A DNA stretch of 32,488 nt from Promethearchaeia archaeon (GTDB lineage Archaea; Asgardarchaeota; Lokiarchaeia; Sigyniarchaeales; SOKP01): contig JAHQWS010000204.1 of the NCBI GenBank assembly GCA_029856295.1, forward strand, positions 1-32,488. Reading direction: 5' to 3'. Below are positions 27,421 through 32,488 of the stretch, piece after piece. Every line of letters starts with the position of its first letter. Positions within the stretch are counted from its first letter, which is position 1. A program made the position numbers and the translations under genes. The notes under the pieces are model-generated. The model saw nothing but the letters and a program-made list of their open reading frames with translations, did no database searches and was not told where the DNA came from.

Positions 27421-29649
27421 TTATACAAACAGACCTTCTTCTTTTTCTTTTTCTATTCTTCTTCTTTTTAGTTTTTCGCCAAATTCTCCGTACCATTTAA
27501 GTATTTCAGGGGTAATTGTTGGATGTATTTCTGTCCGTGCTTCTTTAAAGTGGTCCAAAGTGATTTTTCTTGCTCGAATATTTTCCCTTAAAGCATTCAT
27601 AGCCGCTTCCCGGCATAATGTTTCAATGTCAGCACCAGAAAAACCTTCATCGATTATAGCATGAATCTCTTCTACTTTTAAATTCGTTGCTAAAGGCATT
27701 TCTTTAGTATAGATTTTTATTATTTCAATTTGAGTTTTTTCATCTGGAGCGGGAACTAATAATGTGCGATCTATTCTTCCTGGTCTTATTAACGCCAAAT
27801 CTAATATATCAGGGCGATTTGTAGCAGCAATTACCACAATATCTTTCATACTTTCTAACCCATCTAATTCGGTTAAAAGTTGCGATAGAACCTTTTCTGT
27901 CACTCCTGTACTTGAAGCATATCTACCTCGACTTGGAGCAATGGAATCAAATTCATCAAAGAATACAATACATGGTGCTGCCATTTTAGCTTTTCGAAAA
28001 ATTTCTCTAATAGCTTTCTCACTTTCGCCTACCCATTTTGATAAGAGTTCTGGACCTTTTATCGAAATAAAATTTGCCTTACTTTCAGTTGCTACGGCTC
28101 TGGCAAGAAGTGTTTTACCACAACCTGGAGGACCATAAAGTAAAATACCCTTTGGAGGGTTTATTCCCATTCTTTTGAAAATTTGTGGACTAGATAAAGG
28201 CCATTCTACAGCTTCAATTAATCTTTGCTTTAAATCCTCTAAACCTCCCACTTGATCCCATTTTACATTGGGAACTTCTACAAATACTTCTCTTATTCCA
28301 GAGGGCATTACCTCTTTTAAAGCTTCTTCAAAATCTTCCTTAGTAACAATTATTTGTTCCAAAAGGTCTGGGTCAATCATCTCTGATTCTAAATTAATTT
28401 TAGGTAAATATCTTCTTAAGGCTGACATTGCCGCTTCTCGACAAACTGCTGAAATATCAGCGCCTACAAATCCATGAGTTATTTGAGAAAACTCTTTTAT
28501 AGAGATTTTTTTATCAAGAGGCATGTTGCGAGTATGAATTAGAAATACTTCTCGGCGTCCCTTCTCATTTGGAACTTTTATTTCAATTTCGCGATCAAAT
28601 CTTCCAGGGCGCCTTAAAGCGGGATCTAAACTATTTGGTCTATTCGTAGCCCCTATGACTATAACTCTTCCTCTACTATGTAACCCATCCATTAATGCTA
28701 ATAATTGTGCCACGACTCTTCTCTCTACTTCTCCTGTTACAGTTTCCCTTTTTGGTGCAATAGCATCGATTTCATCAATAAATACTATTGAGGGACTTTT
28801 TTCTTCCGCCTCTATAAAAATTTTCCGTAATTTCTTCTCTGATTCACCATAAAATTTGCTCATAATTTCTGGACCATTTATTGAGATAAAATGAGCCTCA
28901 CTTTCATTAGCAACCGCTTTCGCTAATAATGTTTTTCCACATCCGGGAGGCCCCCTTAATAATACTCCCTTAGGAGGATCTATCCCTAAACGTTTAAATA
29001 TAGACGGATGACGCAATGGTAATTCAACCATTTCTCTTACTCTTTGTATTTCTCTATCCAAACCACCGACATCTTCATAAGTTATGTAGCCTCCCCCCTT
29101 TTCCTCATCTTCGGTAACATGCTCACTTATATGTAATGCAGATTCTTGTTTAATAACACAAATCCCCTTAGGTCTAAGACCTATAACTTTGAAAGTAATT
29201 TCTCTACTTATCCCTATTGAAATTAATATAAGATCATCAATGGTAACGGGATAATTATTTAATTTTCTTTTTACAAACGATTCAAATCTTGGATTCGTTC
29301 TAATTTTTACACTTGAAGGTGCCAAAACAATGTTTTGAGCGACTTTGGCATTTACCTTAAAAATCTCGATGGTATCGTCGATGCTAGTGCCCGTATTTTT
29401 TCTCAATCTCGAATCTATTCGTACAATTCCTAATCCATTATCCTGAGGATAACTTGGCCATGCTATACCTGCACTTTCTTTTTTACCAAATAACCCGATT
29501 ACATCTCCCGTTTGAATGTTTAAATCTTCCATAGTTTTGGGGTCAATCCTTATAATATTCCTACCGATATCCCTCTTCTTCGCTTTTTGGACGCGGAGTG
29601 TGAATCTTTTTTCCTTATCATCTACTTTATTTGTCTCTCCTTCTGACAT
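27421..29649 (-). CDS. cdc48: CDC48/VCP (VAT) AAA+ ATPase
   Basis: N-domain (RDIGRNIIRID) and two AAA modules with GPPGCGKT, IDEID/FDEFD and ALRRPGRFDR/ALIRPGRIDR. Confidence 0.96.
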   Translation of the reverse strand: MSEGETNKVDDKEKRFTLRVQKAKKRDIGRNIIRIDPKTMEDLNIQTGDVIGLFGKKESAGIAWPSYPQDNGLGIVRIDSRLRKNTGTSIDDTIEIFKVNAKVAQNIVLAPSSVKIRTNPRFESFVKRKLNNYPVTIDDLILISIGISREITFKVIGLRPKGICVIKQESALHISEHVTEDEEKGGGYITYEDVGGLDREIQRVREMVELPLRHPSIFKRLGIDPPKGVLLRGPPGCGKTLLAKAVANESEAHFISINGPEIMSKFYGESEKKLRKIFIEAEEKSPSIVFIDEIDAIAPKRETVTGEVERRVVAQLLALMDGLHSRGRVIVIGATNRPNSLDPALRRPGRFDREIEIKVPNEKGRREVFLIHTRNMPLDKKISIKEFSQITHGFVGADISAVCREAAMSALRRYLPKINLESEMIDPDLLEQIIVTKEDFEEALKEVMPSGIREVFVEVPNVKWDQVGGLEDLKQRLIEAVEWPLSSPQIFKRMGINPPKGILLYGPPGCGKTLLARAVATESKANFISIKGPELLSKWVGESEKAIREIFRKAKMAAPCIVFFDEFDSIAPSRGRYASSTGVTEKVLSQLLTELDGLESMKDIVVIAATNRPDILDLALIRPGRIDRTLLVPAPDEKTQIEIIKIYTKEMPLATNLKVEEIHAIIDEGFSGADIETLCREAAMNALRENIRARKITLDHFKEARTEIHPTITPEILKWYGEFGEKLKRRRIEKEKEEGLFV

Positions 29650-29740
29650 ATAATATCATTCTTTTGGTGAATCACTTCTTTAATTAATTTAATGCAATTA
29701 ACTAGTAAAAACTTTTGTGTTTCAATTTATAAATTACTTT

Positions 29741-30796
29741 TTAATTTTTTTTAAGAAAACTATCAAGTGATATTTGCATTTTTGAAGAATCTAATTTTCT
29801 TAAACGGTCAAGTGCATTCTCCACCCGCTGTTTTGAGAAGTTGTGCTGTTCTAGCAGCAATTCTTCTATTTTTTCGAAATCTATTTTTTTCCACTTCAAT
29901 TTGGGATATTCTTTTTTAATATCTGGTTTTAAAAAAATCGTTTTTACTTGCTCAATTATTTCTGGAGCTATTTGAATTTCTAGTTTTCCTACTTTTATTT
30001 CTTTATCAATTATATTTTGTATAGATCCATATTTCTTAATCAGATCTAAGGCCTTATGTTGACCTATTCCTGGTATCCCTTCAAAGAAATCGGTTCCAAT
30101 CAATATTCCCATTTCGATTAATTGTTCTCGCGAAATTTCTAAATTCTCTAATAATTTTGGGAGTGAAACATATTCTATGTCTAGAGTAACTGTCGTATCT
30201 TTTACCTTTTTACTTCTGCTTACTGCGAAATTCCTGACTAATCGTTCTCCACCAAATAATAAGGTATCATAATCCTGAGATGCACACGCCCAAGCATCGC
30301 CTCTTTCAACTAAATATGCTGATTGAGCTTCACCTTCGGAGCTGGCTTCAATGACAGGGATACCCATATATTCAATTAGTTTTTTACTCTCTTCTATCAT
30401 ATCTGTAGATAGTTTAGATGTTTGTTGCGCGAATTTTCTTGCCTCTCTGAAATCTTCTGCTTCTTGAGCCTTAATCATCTTTTCCTTAGCTTCTTCTTTA
30501 ATTTTTTTTCTCTCCTTTATTGTATCTGATTTAAGTTCAGATGGAATCCCATCAAAAACATAAATTGGTTTAATAGCATGCTCAAGAAAATTTATAGTTC
30601 TATAAAATAATCCTGAAAGATGAGAGGTTACATTTCCTTCATAATCCTTAAGTGGAGTACCATCTCTCTGACGAATAATTGCCAAAAATTGATAAATTGT
30701 ATTAAATGCATCAATAGCTATAGGTTTTCCTAAAAGATTCTCAAAAGTAATCGTTCTGCTAACTTCTTTAACTAACTCGTTTATCTTTACTCCCAT
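29741..30796 (-). CDS. fen: Flap endonuclease 1
   Basis: MGV..., AIDAFN, TSHLSGLFYRT, EGEAQ, SQDYD, GTDF H3TH and C-terminal PIP box QISLDSFL. Confidence 0.96.
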   Translation of the reverse strand: MGVKINELVKEVSRTITFENLLGKPIAIDAFNTIYQFLAIIRQRDGTPLKDYEGNVTSHLSGLFYRTINFLEHAIKPIYVFDGIPSELKSDTIKERKKIKEEAKEKMIKAQEAEDFREARKFAQQTSKLSTDMIEESKKLIEYMGIPVIEASSEGEAQSAYLVERGDAWACASQDYDTLLFGGERLVRNFAVSRSKKVKDTTVTLDIEYVSLPKLLENLEISREQLIEMGILIGTDFFEGIPGIGQHKALDLIKKYGSIQNIIDKEIKVGKLEIQIAPEIIEQVKTIFLKPDIKKEYPKLKWKKIDFEKIEELLLEQHNFSKQRVENALDRLRKLDSSKMQISLDSFLKKN

Positions 30797-30969
30797 TTTT
30801 ATCTTTGATCATAATTGTTATTCTATCAATTATTATTTGGAAAATTTAATATATATTTTCCACTATATTCCAAATTCATTCTTCTAGTTCTTAAAAATTT
30901 ATATCCTAAATTTAGCTTAGCTTGGATTTATTTTAAAAAAAATTGTTTATATTGATGTATATATATATT

Positions 30970-31515
30970 TTAAATTAATTTTATTTCATTCTTCCTTCTT
31001 CGTCTAAGTCTTGTCCCACATCTTTCACATTCTTTACCAAATTCTTCAACTTTTTTTGCTTCTTTACAAAAAGGGCAGTAAATTTCCCAGATAATCCTTG
31101 ATTTAATTCCATCTCTAATTAATGGTGAAAAAGGAATGTTCAATTCTGAGCATAAGTTTTGCATTGAATAATCATTAGTGTAGAGAATAAAATCATTTTT
31201 AATGGATTCTTTAAATTCTAAAGCCAACGCAATTAATTCTTTATCAACCATCGATAACGTTTTATAATCTCCTGTAGTTTTTGAACTTGTCTCGATTTCT
31301 TGAAAAAACCTGCTTGAAGGAGTTTGTATCAATAACTTTTTACTTTCAATGGCTACTTGAATTCTATTAACAATATTCCTATTTTTATTTGTATATCTCT
31401 TATGTTTAACTTCCTCAATAACTTTAGGCGTTGTATAAATAACACCATCAATTACATTAAATTCTATGCCTAACAAAAAGATATTTGTATCAAAAATTAA
31501 AGTTGGTTTATTCAT
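30970..31515 (-). CDS. nob1: Nob1-like endoribonuclease (PIN + zinc ribbon)
   Basis: IFDTN, TGDxxxLSxVDxELIALA, TNDYSMQN and CPFC...CERCG. Confidence 0.88.
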   Translation of the reverse strand: MNKPTLIFDTNIFLLGIEFNVIDGVIYTTPKVIEEVKHKRYTNKNRNIVNRIQVAIESKKLLIQTPSSRFFQEIETSSKTTGDYKTLSMVDKELIALALEFKESIKNDFILYTNDYSMQNLCSELNIPFSPLIRDGIKSRIIWEIYCPFCKEAKKVEEFGKECERCGTRLRRRRKNEIKLI

Positions 31516-31527
31516 TTTTTATGAACA

Positions 31528-32445
31528 TTACTCCTCTGGGGAATCGTTCAATGGAGTTCTTATTGTTCCTATTATTTTTTTTCTTAAACGCCTAAAATAA
31601 TTTTCATATAAATTATCTGTTAAGCGAATGAATTTTGTGTGAGAGTTAGCTTTTCGAATTCTAATTCTCGTATTTGGGTGAATCTTTTTAATTGTTTGCT
31701 GTCCATCTACAATGATTCTAGCATTCAACCTTGGTCTTAAGGGAGTAATCTCTATTTCAGAATCAATAGGGAGAACCATGGGTCTTAAACCAGAGCGAGC
31801 AAAACTGTTTAGAGGTGTTAACTGCATAATCTCTAAGTTAGGGCTTATTATCGACCCTCCTGCGCTTAGATTATAGGCTGTTGAGCCTGTGGATGTAGAA
31901 ATAATCAATCCATCTAAGTAACTCCGATTTAAAAAAATCCCATTCACCTTAACCGAAATTTGTAATACTTTGGAATTTTTTGAGGAAATAATTAGAATTT
32001 CATTTAACGCATTATTGAGCTTAATCTCTTCAGAATTTCTTACTATATAAGGAGTCAACTTAGAACAAGTCTCTATTATATATTCTCCTTTTAACACTTT
32101 AATTAAATCTTTATATACTCGTCTATCGTTAGACTCATCCAAAAATCCAATCGATCCAATATTAACTCCTAAAATAGGAGGAGGATCAATTTGAGAAACA
32201 CCATTCGCTACCCGGAGGAGTGTACCATCACCTCCTACAGAAATAAGGAATTTCGTATTTTTAGATGTCATGGTATTTAGATCTATTCCATTATGGGGAA
32301 ATATTTTTGGAGCAATACGAGTTTCTAAATACACTACCTCTCCTTTTTTTACCAAAAATTCAAAAATTCTCTTAGATAATTTAATTGCTCTCTCTGAATC
32401 CATCCGACAAGCTAATGCGATAGATTTTTTTTCCATACCTCTCAA
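31528..32445 (-). CDS. nadK: NAD(+) kinase (start TTG 32445 or ATG 32436)
   Basis: GGDGTLL, GVNIGSIGFL, ALNE and DGLIISTSTGSTAYNLSAGG. Confidence 0.93.
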   Translation of the reverse strand: MRGMEKKSIALACRMDSERAIKLSKRIFEFLVKKGEVVYLETRIAPKIFPHNGIDLNTMTSKNTKFLISVGGDGTLLRVANGVSQIDPPPILGVNIGSIGFLDESNDRRVYKDLIKVLKGEYIIETCSKLTPYIVRNSEEIKLNNALNEILIISSKNSKVLQISVKVNGIFLNRSYLDGLIISTSTGSTAYNLSAGGSIISPNLEIMQLTPLNSFARSGLRPMVLPIDSEIEITPLRPRLNARIIVDGQQTIKKIHPNTRIRIRKANSHTKFIRLTDNLYENYFRRLRKKIIGTIRTPLNDSPEE

Positions 32446-32488
32446 AACTATTTAAATAAGTCTCTTTTCTTGATATAATCTAAAATAG

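Noticed and set aside
31528-32445. Further introns in similar Gly-Gly-Asp motifs (NAD kinase GGDGT; also PorB GDGG and FGGY GAGDQ)
   Set aside because: These motifs are uninterrupted and the ORFs are full length.
1854-32455. Shadow ORFs in the track (e.g. 1854-2078, 10601-11077, 11162-11485, 15423-15707, 17392-17775, 27074-27286, 27764-28138, 32270-32455)
   Set aside because: They are antisense or alternate-frame to well-supported conserved genes and carry no recognisable motifs.
1-32488. tRNA, rRNA, CRISPR arrays, IS elements, selenocysteine readthrough
   Set aside because: No cloverleaf, GC-rich structural RNA block, spaced direct repeats, transposase, or in-frame TGA within a conserved domain seen by eye. 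A covariance-model scan would be needed to exclude small ncRNAs.

Overview
AT-rich archaeal chromosomal window. Gene content and protein style suggest an Asgard (Lokiarchaeia/Promethearchaeota-like) archaeon; this is an inference, not a search result. In order: the end of the proteasome-exosome superoperon (psmA partial, SBDS, rrp4, rrp41, rrp42, rpl37ae, pcc1, pfdB, DHH phosphoesterase); an ECF transporter module; a DUF3795-like protein; cgi121, a THUMP gene and sua5/tsaC; a four-subunit 2-oxoacid:ferredoxin oxidoreductase operon; ZPR1; a phosphofructokinase; an FAD oxidoreductase; an acyl-CoA dehydrogenase; a nucleotidyltransferase-like hypothetical; an orphan DNA methyltransferase; an FGGY kinase; a HerA-like ATPase; cdc48, fen1, nob1 and NAD kinase. 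Main result: the PPi-type phosphofructokinase gene (15378-16587), which the ORF track splits into fragments, is interrupted by two tiny insertions (31 nt at 15418-15448; 30 nt at 15734-15763). Each folds with its flanking exons into a bulge-helix-bulge (BHB) motif. The predicted splicing-endonuclease cuts restore an Asp codon in the conserved GGGD and GGDD motifs and give a 382-aa protein. These are candidate tRNA-type introns in a metabolic mRNA, both at the same site GG(C/T)GGAG^AC. Secondary result: two conserved genes appear to begin at non-canonical codons (GCG, ATA) placed just after a strong AGGTGA Shine-Dalgarno.
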